Shown: positions 11,950-26,230, counted from the stretch's first letter. The stretch is DNA of 64,000 nucleotides from Octopus sinensis (GCF_006345805.1 NC_042998.1:5022001-5086000), one strand, 5' to 3'. Notes: a model not told the origin generated them from the letters alone. Numbers and translations: made by a program.

Positions 11950-13070
11950 CGAAAAGTTTGTATATCTTGTAATTATTAATGAGGTTTATGAAATTTAGAA
12001 GCAACTTGGGGCAATACAAAACAAAATTGCACTCAGCGTACATATCGACATTTGCGCCACTAATGAACAACCCAACTTCAGAATTTTCCCCCTTTATAAA
12101 TTCAGGGACGATGCAACCTATAATTAGTCATATTTTATCGCAAAATATAAATCCTTTTTTAATGCCTCAACCACATATGACACCATTACAAGTGTCTTAG
12201 AATAATACCCAGCCAAATTTTAAAACTTATTTATTCAGAACAGGACGATTCCAACAGGGTCAACGTTTTACAGTGAAAAGCAAAGCAACTTCACATGTAC
12301 TTCGGAAAACCTAATATATGTATTAACTTAGTCAGAGTATCGAAAGCAATACACAGGACAATCAAAACCATTCTACGCCAACGGATGACACTACATGAAT
12401 CCCAGATTAAAATTCGGGAATACAGAAAAATAACACTCAGCGAAAACTTCGACATTTGCGCCACTAACGAACAACCCAACTTCAGAAGTCTTTCCCTCTA
12501 TAAATTCAGGGACGATGCAGCTTGTTGTCAGCGAATTAGCAAAGAGTCATATTTTATTGCAGAATATTAACCTCTTTTGAATATATCCACCACAAATGAT
12601 ACAAATACAAGAGCCTTAAAATAATACCCACGCAAATATCAAAAAACGATATATTCAGAACAGAATAATTTCAATCACTACTACTATAACCACAACAGGT
12701 CATTTCATGTCATTTGACCATTTAAGTGTACTTCACCAACAACCTACTACTCTTTTTCTTTCTCTTCCCCTTCTCCCTTCTTCTTCTTCGCCGTATCCTG
12801 CCTCGGCTACGAGTGTTTAAATAATCAGAACTATTAACCCACAACCCTCATATTAAGTTTTCTTTCAGACCTGCTACTACTTACATGCCAAGCCTTGATA
12901 GAAGTAAAGGAGAAACAGACAGACAGACAGAAAAATGGAAAATGTCCCATGTATTTGGAAAGTATGGAAATAGATTTTAAAATATTTCACTTAATTTTTT
13001 TACAATTTAAACCGGTACTAAAATGTTCATTATGGTAAAATTATCTTACCATTTTCTACCTTGTCCTATT
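11950..13070 (+). mobile_element. PLE 3' region: tandemly duplicated GIY-YIG endonuclease remnant, 3'UTR and partial pLTR
   Basis: KTILRQRMTLHESQIK..EYRKITLSENFDIC...RISKESYFIAEY*PLLN; 12030-12250 duplicated at 12434-12670; AAACCGGTACT-A-AAATGTTC at about 13009 matches the 10660-10720 pLTR. Confidence 0.8.
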
Positions 13071-13078
13071 CTCCTTAT

Positions 13079-13112
<34 letters not shown>

Positions 13113-13976
13113 CGATGGGTTGACCAAAAGAAACCGAAATTTTGCAGTACTATTTAATTCACTTTTACATATTTGCACTTTTATCGCCTTTAAATTATTC
13201 TCCATTTGAAGCAATGCATAAGTCCAAACGCATTTTCTACCATTCTAAGCAGTCCTGGAACTCATTCGAAGTAATGCCTTTTAACACCCCCGTCTTTTTT
13301 TCTTCACCTCTTACACATCTTCAAATTCGATAGTACCAGATTTCGTCACCAGTGATAACCTTCGAAAAACGGTCCAGATCAACTACCAACTGCTTTTTTC
13401 AATTCAAGACACTCACTCAATCCTGACTGCTTTTGATTTTCCGTGAGCAACCAGGAACATATTTTTGATACAATTTTTCATTCCTAATTTTTCATTCGCT
13501 CAAAATTCGTTTGTAAAAGCACCAGTCATATAAGCAAGTTCGCCACTTGTTCGGCGACGGTCTTCCAAGATCAGTTCACGTATTTTCCTGACGTTTACAT
13601 TTGTTCGGAAGGTCAATGGACATTCTGATCGTGGGTAGCCTTCAAGTGACATGTAACCATTCATAAAGTGTGGAACTTTAACTTGTGTTTTGCTCATGGA
13701 AGCGTCCTTTGAAGCTGTTCGAAGCATGTCAGATGTTTCGACCACCGTTTTCCTCAGCAGAAAACAGAATTTCGTAGAAGCACGTTGTTTCTTCGTTTCA
13801 TTCCTCGCAAAAATCGACGAACAGGGGGAGAAGCACTGCAAAACAAAGATCCACCAAGTAGTAGTACGGCTGGACATGACGACGCCGTTCGGAAAGGGAT
13901 GCCTGGGGGTTACATGAAGTGGTTTCTCGCGGCTCGTTCTGCAGAAAATGTTTCCGGTCACTTTTGGGCACCCTCG
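13113..13976 (-). mobile_element. Internally deleted mariner element
   Basis: TA-flanked TIRs (CGATGGGTTGACCAAAAG / rc CGAGGGTGCCCAAAAG); N-terminal HTH (QRASTKFCFLLRKT...), VITGDEIWY then a jump to the 3' end. Confidence 0.88.
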
Positions 13977-14096
13977 TATATATGTATATAGGGATTATGG
14001 AAATATTGAATATATAGTTTTTATATATTCTTTGCTGAGATTGAACCGGCAGACTTGGATGTTTGACATCCCTGTGAAGGATTTTGGTCCGTCTGT

Positions 14097-14159
<63 letters not shown>

Positions 14160-14759
14160 GTACATGTTTTATACATTAATGAAGAATGTATCCAGAATTT
14201 GGAGAAAAGTTATTTATTGACTGCTTTCTATTTTTCAACTCCCACAGGAATTGGTAATGAGGAATCTTTCAGATCTATATTTTGATTTGTTTAATGTTAA
14301 AGGCTGGATGTATAAGAGTTTTCTAGACAGTGTTGATTTTAATGAATGCTTTCCTTTAGTAAAAGTTACGTACGCCAAACGAATTAATAAGTACATTTCC
14401 TTGTAATATAAACGTCGTAAACATAGTTACGTTGTTTAAAACTTGAAAGTAACAAATGCTATACTATTAAATTACTAATATACAACCATGTTATTAAGTT
14501 ATAACTGTCTCACAAATATTTATGCAATCATATTTAGTAATCGTGTAACAAGGTACAATGCAGAAGATAAATGTTCATTCATATAGATAGATAAATAGAT
14601 AGCTGCAGATATAGCTAGAAAGATAGATTGATAGACTAATATATAAATTGATAGACAAACAGACAGACAAACAGATAGTAGCTAGATAGACAAATAGATA
14701 GATAGATAGATAGATAGATAGACAGATAGATAGACAGATAGAGACAGACAGACTAACAA

Positions 14760-14806
<47 letters not shown>

Positions 14807-14807
14807 T

Positions 14808-15081
14808 GTTTCTTTATTAGCCACACAGGGCTGCACACAGACAGGACAAATTACAAGGTAGAGCTTTTCTTTTGGGGGTAAAAAAAGGGGGTTTGGTTTT
14901 TGATCAAAAGGGATCGTAAAGGGAAAGAAAGAGGACAAAATAAAGAGGGGAATAAATTTTTTTTAAAAAAGGGGGGAGGGAAAGGAAAAAAAAATTGATC
15001 AATAGGGATCGTTATGACAGAAATGTCAATATGAAGTGTAAAGGGGAGGACAGGTGAGGTTTACCCGTGGAAAGAAAAGCC
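14808..15081 (-). mobile_element. 5'-truncated L1/Tx1-type 3'UTR inside a (GATA)n array
   Basis: Homologous to 8948-9197; (GATA)n on both sides. Confidence 0.72.
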
Positions 15082-15145
<64 letters not shown>

Positions 15146-15544
15146 CAGACAGATAGATAGATTTGCCATCAGTTATTAAGTGAGTCTCTCAAATTGCAAT
15201 CAAACAACAAATTCAAGATCGAACAGACATTTATTAGAATAACAATAAATTTGAAATAACATAAAGGAAAGAATCAATACCTATCAGTTGTCAGTTACAG
15301 ATAATGTCGAAAAGAATTCATACTAAGCATTTAATTATACTTTTCCGATGTACAATCATTAAGATTAAAGACAAACTAATTTTATTGACATATTTTGTGC
15401 ATGTTATATTGTAATTTAATGGGAAGTGATGTAATTTTTATGTAGTTCATTTCTGAATATGTTTTTATTTCAGTCTTTTGTCTTATAATATGTGAAGAAA
15501 ACTTTATACAAGTTAATACTGCACAACCCAATCGATCAGACAGA

Positions 15545-15900
15545 CGTTATTGTCTATGATGTTCAAAATGCGTTGGGCTGTTTTTCCAACTCTTTAAGTT
15601 CTGAGTTTAAATCACATAGAAATCAAATTTGCTTTTTTATATTTTGAGGATTAATAGATTACAGTACCACTCAAGTGTCAGGATCGATGGTACGGCCTTA
15701 GCACTGTTGACATATTTAAGGCCTCCAACTTGGATTGACAGAAGTGACTAAGCATCATTAAAATGATTTGCAACGTTTTCTCTCACTTGTGCGCTCTGAG
15801 TTCAGATTCCGGCGAGATGAACTTTGATCTTCACATGTCTTAGATCGATACCAGCGACTAATCTCTCCCTTAAAAACTGCGGCCCTTCTACCTAAATCAA
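15545..15900 (+). mobile_element. Two very old SINE family B remnants
   Basis: Degenerate TTCTGAGTTCAAAT...CTTT..CAT blocks. Confidence 0.5.
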
Positions 15901-15907
15901 TAGCACT

Positions 15908-16007
15908 TCTCCTTCTTCTCCTTCTCCTCCTCCTTCTTCTTCTTCTTCAGTTGTTGTTGTTGCTGTTGCTACTACTACCACCACACATTATTGTTATTAT
16001 TATTGCT

Positions 16008-16039
<32 letters not shown>

Positions 16040-16040
16040 T
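15908..16040. repeat. Compound trinucleotide run (CTT/GTT/ACT/TTA/TCA)
   Basis: Seen directly. Confidence 0.9.
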
Positions 16041-17890
16041 ACTTCCAAGTAACTTACAACAAAGAACAGTTTTCTGTGCTTCCGCTGTCAACGTAGATAC
16101 AGCTACAACAAAACCTAATGTCACACAGCTGTAATAAAGAACAACCGATTCTTGCAAGTTTGTAGATAAATTTCAAGTGTTTTGTGCTAGAGATATTCCG
16201 AGTGATCTGCAAATGTGTACAAAGGACATTCTGTAAACGCGAAAGCCATTGTTTTGGGACTAAGAAACACGTCGCACTCTCAAAAGTACAAAATCTATAC
16301 TTCGATTCTGATTCCAAGCATGTATATGTTGTATTTCACCAAACATTTTGTGGCCACTTTTGATAGATAGAGACAGTGAAGTTATTATTCGGTTTACAGG
16401 ACCTCTCAATGAAGAAGACGAACTGATGCATTGATCACAAAATCACATGTGACATTTGGAAGATATTTTGTGTCTGCCCATCGGAAATGCACAGGCGTTT
16501 TCTTGTAACTCTTACAATAAAAAGTGTAGTGAGCGCGTGATCGACCCACCAGAGACGTTTAACTAACGATGCTACGGTTCATAATCTGTATCATATAAGA
16601 TAAGATAGCTGTAATCCTGGCACTAGAATTCTATCCATTGAACTACATCTGATTATACAAGGAACTACGCATGTAGTTAATTTTTTGGTGAACGCTCATG
16701 ATATTCTATCATGGCGTGTGCATTTAAGAAATCGATATAATAAACCGAAGCCGCGAACATGCTACAAAATGTAGATTCATATTATTTAACCTCGTAAAAT
16801 ATAGCGAATGTGAATAACCACAGAGAATTTGTTGGCTATCAGGGAAAGAAACTTTTCTTCTTGTAAGGTCTGCATCTAGAATATGATGTGTGATATAAGA
16901 AATATAGAATTTTGAAGCTATCATATGTGCACATCATTCTCTATATATCACACATGTCAATAACAACGTAATTAAATTAGTTAAGTGCAGCTCACATACA
17001 ACAGAAAAAATCATAAAAGTCATCTATCTACCTATATATATATATGTATATGTGTGTATATGTGTGTTTTTGTTTTAGATATTTTTTATAAAAAGCCAAT
17101 AGGTAGCAAGTTATAAAAAAATTAATAATACTGGTTGATTGTTACTATTACTTGTTATATCAATACTTCAGGGTTAGGGTCCTTCTTCAAGAAAAGGAGT
17201 TGCTAATGTCTTTGCTCTGTGGTATATGTGTATGAAGAGTTGTTCTACGTTGCTATTGTATCCAATAATCTGCATGCAATTGAGATCTGTAATTAACTCG
17301 CAGCCTGTCCAGGTTCGTTAAAATAGCTTCACTTATTTCTTATTTTCCAATGTTTCTTTCTTTTGCTTCAAAGAAAACTTAATGTTTCGAGCATGGCAAG
17401 AAATACCTGCGGAAATTCAATACTCAAGACATGCAAGGCCCCATTGAAGCTACGGAAAGAAGCATTAGGAAAAATGGTCAATGATGAGCGGAAATTTATG
17501 TAGGTGAAATTGCCATAATGTGTGCAAAATCTACGATTTTTTGGTCTTTACTTGTAAGAATGGGCAAACGTTAAAATGTTTTGTTACTAGGGTTAGCGAA
17601 AAAGAAATGAGGAAGGAAATAAAAGCTAGATGTACTGATTTTATCCAGTGAAATCTGTGTTATGAAAGGTTAATTGTATGTGATGAAGGGAAATGGGCGA
17701 TAGATTAGAAATCTTAATAAAATTACAATCATAATGAAGACATAGAAAATATTACCCGGAAGACTAATATCAATGGTATGCAATATTCGTAAACGCGGCA
17801 GCAATCTGATCATATTTAGGCAGGCTTTATTAGATTTGTTCAGTGAAGCAAAACCTTTATCAATATTTATCCAATCAGTATAACATTATA

Positions 17891-18404
17891 CTAGTGGGAC
17901 CCGTGGAAATTTCACTGAGCGAAAGAGATTAAGAGAAGTTATTTAAGAAAGAAATGAATTTTATTTTTATTTTGCTAAGTTATTTCATTTCCAGTTACAA
18001 TAATATATTATATGATTTTCAAATTTCCCTCTGCTAAGCATTTTATATTTCTCTCTTTCTCTCTGCCTCTTCAATAAAGTATTTAACGATGTAATTCCCC
18101 TTTTCTTGTCTTTAACATTTCCTTCTTTCTCTTCACCTGTCCGTACCCAACCTATAGCAGATCATTAATACTTCTCTCTCCCACTCTCCCACTTTTGTTT
18201 CATCCTCTTTTTCTATCGCTCTTCACTTCTCCCCTCAACTAACCATTTGGCCTTAATGTATTATTATACGCTTCTTTTCTTTCTTCTATTCTCACAATTC
18301 TCCTTCTCTCACTTTTACCCCACATCTCACGCACTCCATCTCCACCTCTCTAACTAACTAAATTATAACGGGAGAACGAACAAGCAGATTAGTATACGTA
18401 TAGT
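17891..18404 (-). mobile_element. Non-autonomous Helitron
   Basis: Reverse complement begins (t)CTATACGTATACTAAT and ends with imperfect hairpin CAGTGAAATTTCCACGG, then GTCCCACTAG|T (canonical CTAG 3' end). Confidence 0.6.
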
Positions 18405-19767
18405 TCTACAAGAAATGAATATAAGTTAGAGTGACACCTCATTATAAGGGTTGAGAGAAATTATCCACAGGGGTCATCCCGACTAATTAAAATAATGGTC
18501 AAATATGTTTAGCATTATTGAACCTAAGTTTCCATCTAATCCGTATAAAGATTATTTTAAGGAACTCATGTGGTCTTTGCTCACTAAAGTAAGTACGCTA
18601 GCAGTTATTCAGCTGTCGTGTTTCATGTGTATAAGCTATAAACCTTCTTCGTAGTTCTTCCGAATCAAAAAGAATGAAGGTGAGAGGATCTACAAGAGAC
18701 AAGAAAAACGAAGAAGCTGTAAGCAATGGAAACAGCACAAAGAGCAACCTTTTCTATAAAAAGACAAAAATAGAAGGGAAGAAAATCTGTGACCAGAAAA
18801 ATAAACCTTTACGCACGCACAAAGAAACAGATATAATTCTGTCAATTAAGTTGTATAGAATATTATTTATTTGGAATGAACTGAAAGGAAAATGAACGAA
18901 TATTATATACGTTTTGCTTCCAGATGCTGAACGATATATACAGACATTCACATATACACCTACATACATATTCGCCTTTTAACGTACAAACGTACATTCA
19001 TACTGATATGAATATGCATCAGAAATATGATTATGCAGAGATACATACATGGCCGTATAAATAGTTTATACTCACAAATATATACACACAAACTCTCAAA
19101 CAAAGAAACACGTATATGCTTAGATAACCTGCCGATCACTTGCGTTACGCATTCATGTGGTATAGGTATAAAAATGTTAGATGAATAACCAGTAAGTTTT
19201 TCTTTTATTAGATTGAAAAGGAGAAGCTTTCCTTTGCGACTACAAGTGAATGATGGTCACGCCACACACCATGTCTTTGTATATTCATCCCAAAGCAATT
19301 TTGAAGGTCATGATGAGTGCAAGATCTTCACTCTATTTCACTTACTGTCCTTCTATAACCTCATTCTCTCTTCAATCCCCTTTTCTCTTACTCCTTTTCG
19401 TTTCTTTCCTCACGCGAAATTTAGCATATTTCACAGCTGTGGTTTTGTATATATGTACACACACATAATATATATACACAAACAGACACACACACACACA
19501 CACGCACCAACAAACACACACATACATACATTTATATGGATGCTTGTATAAGCGAGTGTACACGCGCCATGCAGCTTGCGCGAGGGCGTTTATACATACG
19601 TATCTGTTACCGATTATTTTTAATTCATTTCTGTCCATATTGCGTGTTCGTTTCTTTTTGTATCTGTAATTTTATATTCGATTTTCCATATAACTGAAGA
19701 TCTTTCCTTCAAGTTGCTGATGTTCTTTCTACGAAAGGAGAAGATACATTGCGACACATCTGTATTG

Positions 19768-20438
19768 CCATGACAGAGAAAGTTGTCATGGTGATACCTG
19801 CTCTGAAGACTATGCAAATTTGCAGAAAGTGTATGGAGAGGAGTGTATGTGCCGCACACAAGTGTCCGAGTGGTTCAGACGTTTCCGTGATGGCCGAGAA
19901 AATGTCGATAGTAAAGAACGTTCTGAGATACCCGCAAGCAGCATAACTGAAAAAAACATTGCAGATGTGCGTGCAGCTGTGAGGGGAAATGGTCGAATCA
20001 CCATCCGTGTGTTATCAGAGGATGTGCAGATTTGGGTATGAGACGCGTGTCTGCCAAGTTCGTGCCAATACTGCTTTCAGCTGATCAGAAAGACACTCGA
20101 GTTACAGTGCACAAGGGCACAAGATCTCCTTGATTGTGTCAAGAAAGATGAAAACATTTTGAAACCTTTGCGTAGGCGTCTGAGCGGGCATCGCCAAGCT
20201 ATTGGCAAAATTTTATGCAGATTCTCTGTTCAACCTTCTGTCATGGTCAATGCGATGATCACACGTTACACACGTTCCTTCCAAGCATTGCTAAAAACAA
20301 CGAAAGCAAGCTAGGACGTTAAAACTTAGTGCACACGCACAGCAGAGTTCAAGTTCATTCTGTGCCAAGCAGCTTCACTCTGCGTGCTTTAGCTTCGTTA
20401 CTATGGCAACAGTCCAGATATTTATTGATCAAATCACG
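19768..20438 (+). mobile_element. Mariner derivative made of two inverted 5' ends
   Basis: + strand MTEKV...QKVYGEECMCRTQVSEWFRRFRDGRE...RVSAKFVPILL; 20160-20438 reverse complement = TIR, 5'UTR and EQRICIKFCQ*LGD. Confidence 0.85.
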
Positions 20439-20609
20439 TATATATCGTTGCTATTATGCAAAAATAAATACGTTGCTTTTTCAAAAAGCGAAAAAGTAAT
20501 TTCAACATTTCATAGCAAAACCGTTGAACTGCACTTCTACAATTTTTGATATATTAGCATCTGTAGCAACTGGAGATACGATAGTTTTACTAAAAGAACA
20601 AAAGTAAAT

Positions 20610-20710
20610 ATTGAATATATATATATATATCCATAAACATATATTATATACATATCAGCATACATACATACACACACATATATGCATACATACATTTATG
20701 CACACATACA

Positions 20711-20765
<55 letters not shown>

Positions 20766-20806
20766 ATGTATATATTTATGCGTGCATTTATATATATATA
20801 TATTAT

Positions 20807-20848
<42 letters not shown>

Positions 20849-20882
20849 TATTATATATATATATATATTGTGTGTGTGTATG

Positions 20883-20926
<44 letters not shown>
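20610..20926. repeat. (TA)n/(CA)n/(TG)n compound microsatellite
   Basis: Seen directly. Confidence 0.95.
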
Positions 20927-21139
20927 TCCAGTGATATTTAAGATTTCATCTATCGATTTGTTTTGTACTCAATATGGAGTAATATGAATGGATGAATTTC
21001 TGACAAAACACATCCTCTTTAATTACTCTGAAACTTTTGACAATACTCAATGATAATGATATAAATAAGTTTTTCAGTCCTATCTTCCAATTTGCATCCC
21101 AAATCACACACACATATACACACACACACATAAATGCAA

Positions 21140-22270
21140 AGATGGATGGATGGATGGATGGTGGGTCGTTCCCAGTCTTATGATCTCAACCAGTGGAGCT
21201 GCAGGCGCACCTTGTTGAAAAAACTGTATACCTGCTCTGTCTCCCTCTTTCGTGCTTATGTGCTACAGCTCGGTTCATATCTAAAGATTAGCCCATCTGT
21301 TTTTGGATGTTTTTTCTCCGTCTATATTTCCCCTTCAACGTCGGTATATGACGGAATCATCGTTATATGGCCATACCACTTCAGTTTGCTTTTGTTTATT
21401 ATTGTGAGAAAAATTTCATGGGACCAGTTCTAATCCTTAATGATTTTGCAAACATGCTCATTTGTAATTTAATCCAATAATGAAATACCTAAGATGTTGC
21501 GATAGCACATAATTTTCGTTGCCATTATCGTCTTCCCAATCTTTATCATTACAGACCATGTCTTGCATGCATACAGGAGTTTGGAAAGAATCAAGGGAAA
21601 TCGGAGCCTGATTTTCGGAATCATTGTTATATGGCCATAACACTTCAGTTTGCTTTTGTTTATTATTGTGAGAAAAATTGCATGGGACCAGTTCTAATCC
21701 TTGATGATTTTGCAAGCATGCTCATTTGTAATTTAATCCAATAATGAAATACCTAAGATGTTGCGATAGCGCATCATTTTGGATGCCATTATCGTCTTCC
21801 CAATCTTTATCATTACAGACCATGTCTCGCATGCATACAGGAGTTTGGAACGAATCAAGGAAAATCGGAGCCTGATTTTCTTGTTGGTAATGATGTTCTT
21901 ATATTTCTACATTTGTTCGAAATTACTTCGTACAATAATTGTCTTTGCAGATTTTGCAATGATTCCAGCCCTTACTCTTTTATCATTAATAATTGCTACC
22001 GCCTATTTGAACTTCTGCAATATCCCTAGCTTTTGTCCTTGTAAAGATATGTCTGTTGGGTTGACGCCGTTGTCACTGGTGCTGAGTTTGTTTGATTTCT
22101 TCAGGATTCATTTCTATACCATCTTGGTGGTAGCTCTAACGTGGTGCCTGACTAATTCAAGCAATTACATTTCCCCTTCCTAACAGTTACTCCCGTCATC
22201 AGCAAATCATCTGTTTGTTATATTGTCAACTTCAATTCCTAAATTCCACCAACCTTACTTTATTTCTAAT
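21140..22270 (-). mobile_element. RTE-clade LINE remnant (RT C-terminus to 3' end) with a 264-bp internal tandem duplication
   Basis: Reverse complement NITNR*FADD (about 22200) and FLTIINKSKLKWYGHIT; (TCCA)n-like tail; 21353-21616 duplicated at 21617-21880. Confidence 0.8.
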
Positions 22271-22804
22271 GTAGGCATGATCCCAACAAATTCCAGAGAG
22301 GGCCCTGTAAAAATAGAAGTATTATTGCGCAGATTTAAACCTCCATACCCTGTGGATGAGCTAACATTATCTTCAAAGACTTAAAGACGGTATTTAATTA
22401 GTTCTCTGTGCTCTACTATGAAAAAATTCAATGACGAGCCTCTAGCAACAACACATAAAGTCATTCCTTCTAGTCCAGGATTTCAATAAAATAATTACTT
22501 CATCTGCAATGGGAGGATGTAAGCTGAAGTTTGATTTCACGGGTAAATCGAACTCAGAGCCTAAACAGGAACAGATACTGCAAGACATTTTCTTGACAGT
22601 CTTATGATTCCGTGAATCCATGACCCTAATGATATATACATCTAATTTAGATGCAAAATCACTAATTTCGTTTAATAGAGCAATAATCAAATACACCAAC
22701 TCCAGTACTTGAGTGGTACCATATTTTATGGAACTCAGGGAGAAGAAAGCCAGACTTGACATCTGCACAAAGCACTGGAAGAAATGCCAGAAAGAGTTTT
22801 CTGA

Positions 22805-22985
22805 TGTTGTAATGGTTATGCAATTGTACCGCCCTAACTGATTCTGACACTGGCACTTTATATTATCGACCCGGAAAGGCTGAAAGCAAAGTTGATCTAG
22901 ACGAAGTTTGAAATCAGAATTCAAAGAGCTGGAACGAATACTACAAAACATTTTCCGACACCCTAACGATTCTGCCAAATCGTTG
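22805..22985 (-). mobile_element. SINE family B (old)
   Basis: TTATCGACCCGGAAAGGCTGAAAGCAAAGTTGA...CTAACGATTCTGCCA. Confidence 0.75.
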
Positions 22986-24059
22986 CTCTTGTGATTACAA
23001 TAATACTGAATATGAAAGCAAAATGAAACTTGCAAATAGATTTCTGCTAAAGATAAGTAATATCAATTTTTATTCTAATATTATACCTGTCTTAATTTTT
23101 TTATATTCGTCATAGCCTCGTTGAAGTTATCCTCACTTCTTATACTTTCAATTTCTATTCCTGGTGATAAATAATTTGCTAATTCGCCGAGTGGTAATTA
23201 TGTAGTTGAGAGGAACTTTGTTATTTCGAGATAACATTTTAGAATACTGTGTACTTACATATGTTTGAATGTGCTTATGCGCACGCCTGTGTATGTATAA
23301 TTTTATGATTTTTAAAGGTATTTCCAAAATACTTGCACCTAAATTTCAGTAGCGTATTCATTTGTTAATTTGTTGTTTTTCATTTCGATCTATAAGTCAT
23401 CAAGAAATTCATCCTTTAATTAAATGAAAGCAACTAGGAAGAAAATAAAATTACAGAAGCCATTCAGAATTCTTCTTGGTAGTTTGAATAGTATCAAGTA
23501 ACTTGTAAGCGTTCTCTTGATCTTCTATAAGACACTGATTAAAGCCTCCCTCTTTCAAAGGCAATCCCCCTTTTGTTAATCAAATATTGTCACTGATACT
23601 GGTTCAGTTAGGATGCAAGCACGCAACTTCTCTTTTACACGAAAGCCTCTTTAACGTTAACCAGCATTCCCTGCTTTTCAAACAAATGGATTGGTTTCAT
23701 AGAAATTCCGGTTAAAGCTATCTTAAAACTGTCGTAGCTGTTAAACATACATACAAACATGCATATGTATGTGTGTGTATGTTTGCATATATTTAAGGTT
23801 ACCTTTATTTGTATTACTTTGCTTTGTGTGAATATCACAGTGCTGCAACAGCAGTAATGAATGATGTAGTGGCTTAATAAATACTTAGTTTATTAAGTGT
23901 ATAAGATGGTTTCAATTTCCAACGGGAATTCAACTGTTATTTTTTCTTTTAATCTTAAACTCCTCGGATATATCTAAATCACTCACCTACCAGTTATCAC
24001 CTCCGAATTTAGGCAGACAGAAAAATAAATATTGTCAACTAGCATAGAAATGATTCAAT

Positions 24060-24352
24060 TAATTGTGGTGGGGGTATAGAGGATAGTATCTACCTTAGTA
24101 CTCGGCTGGTATTTTATTTTATCAATCCTGGAAGAATTAGAAGGCTAGACATAAAGAGAAGTTAAAAGAGCAAATATTTTTGTGCAATGTTCCAATGTTT
24201 CAGTCAATTCATGGCTTTATACGACTATTAATGTCGAAGTTGCTCCTTTACGGAGTCGATAAAATAATTAACAACCCAATACTTGGGTCGATGTGAACGG
24301 CTTGCCCCTGCACTATGGAAATTGCTGGCCTGTGTAAAAACTTGAAATTATA
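24060..24352. mobile_element. Two decayed SINE family B fragments in opposite orientation
   Basis: Degenerate central blocks at about 24095-24140 (-) and 24232-24352 (+). Confidence 0.5.
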
Positions 24353-26199
24353 ATCATTGGTAATGATCTGCAGAAATACTTGTTTAACTGATATCGTTGC
24401 TGAAATAGCTAATATTATAGATGATGGAATTATTTTGATACGGTCTTGAGCTGTCTTCCAAGCAAAAGCTCATCTTAAGTTGTCTACTAATCAAAAGCCT
24501 CCCGATAGCGGCCATGTTGTCTTTTTTCGGATACTGTCTATAATTGTCGTTACTGCCATTTCGTGTAGTTGCTCATGTTACTACATGTAGCTTTATTTAG
24601 TCTGTACACAACAGCCTTATAATTTTCTAAGGCCTATACTGTGTATAGGATTTGTCAAAGTAGCATTAAAAGTAAATTGACTCCAGTTTACATTGAAGAA
24701 ATGTCTTTGGATATAAATTTCACTGCCTCTGTGAAAAAATTAGGATTGATGTAGTTCATGTTCCTATTGACGATTTTCATGAAAACCATGGGCAGAGAAA
24801 AGATACCAGAAGGTTTACTTTTGGAGTTGTAAATGCGAAGTCTAATGAACGTGTGACACAATGTGGATAATGAGGAAATGTGATTAAGTTAGATATGAGT
24901 AAAGTTAGTGCAAGACCAGTCAGGTATTTCATGTTAATTAGTCTAGAAGTCTTTTTTTAGGATATGGGAGTGATTGCCCACTTAATTCTCGAGGAAAGCT
25001 AAACACTTTTCGAGTAACCAGATTTTCGGTTAAAGTATTTCCAAAGTTTGGAGGGGGAATCGCTAGCAAAGTTTATTAGTAATTATAAGGCTCAGATATT
25101 TTACTATCTTTGAAGATTCTAATTACATGTTGAGAATTAGTGTGTGGATTTGAGCGGGCGTTTTCCCTTTTATATATGCAATTGCTTTGTCTTTATGTTA
25201 TCGGAATTATGATTGGATTAGTCAAATATTACTCATTATAAATATTTCCGCTGCTATAGTAATTTAGGGAAAAGGGTATGCTAAATTATATATATAATGC
25301 AGAAAGAAAATATGAAACTCAATTTAGAAGACAATACATTCAAACTAATTTCATGAGTTTGTATTGCATTGATGTAATTTCTGTTAACTCAGATGGCGGC
25401 GGCAAGAGGGGTGGTAGTGGCGATGGGGGCGGTAGTGGTGACGGTAGCAGTGGTTACAGTGGTGGCGGTTGAGACGGCGGCGAAGGTGGTTGTGGCCATG
25501 ATAAAATAGTTTATAAACGAAGCAACATTGCTGAGATAGAATTTTTTTCTAAATGACAGAAATCTGTCCACAGATATGAAAAGTGAAAAGTAAGTTTCAG
25601 AATCATATATCAAACAATCACAATTTCTTTAGTCCATTTCCTTCCCGTTTCATTTCCTTCTGATATTTCACATTTCTATCTTCCTTTACTATTTTCTATT
25701 TCTCGTTATGTGCTGTCTTTCATATCTAATTTTAACTCATTTTCACGTAATTATATATTCCAAAGAACTATTTCTGTAATATCATCCATGTAAAGTTTTT
25801 CAAAAATCGTTAAAGAAATTATATAATTAAAAAAAACTTTTAAGTAGAATTAGTGATCAAAATATTTCAGGTACAATAATGAAAAATATGTTTTAAAGCA
25901 ACATGTAGCAAATTATAATGTTTTAAAGTAACATGTAGCAAATTATAATAAAGAAATTTAATCAAATTGTAGCTAGTTAAAGCAAGGAATAATTTAGAAT
26001 AGATTATAAATGTTTTGCTTCAGTTCATTCCAAGATCAGATTTGCCTATGCTTTTGGAATTAAATCTCATTGTGCCTTCAATATGTAATAACCTGAATTA
26101 CGTCGTATCATAACTAAATTCGTGTAGATCGGTAATTATTTTAGTTTTGCAAACACAAAAACGCATGCACACACAGACGTACAAGTGCATGTGTATCAA

Positions 26200-26230
<31 letters not shown>

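Noticed and set aside
22442-23035. 197-aa ORF
   Set aside because: Overlaps a SINE B copy; no recognisable domain
25393-25497. GC-rich Gly-coding stretch
   Set aside because: Degenerate (GGC/GGT)n repeat, not a supported exon
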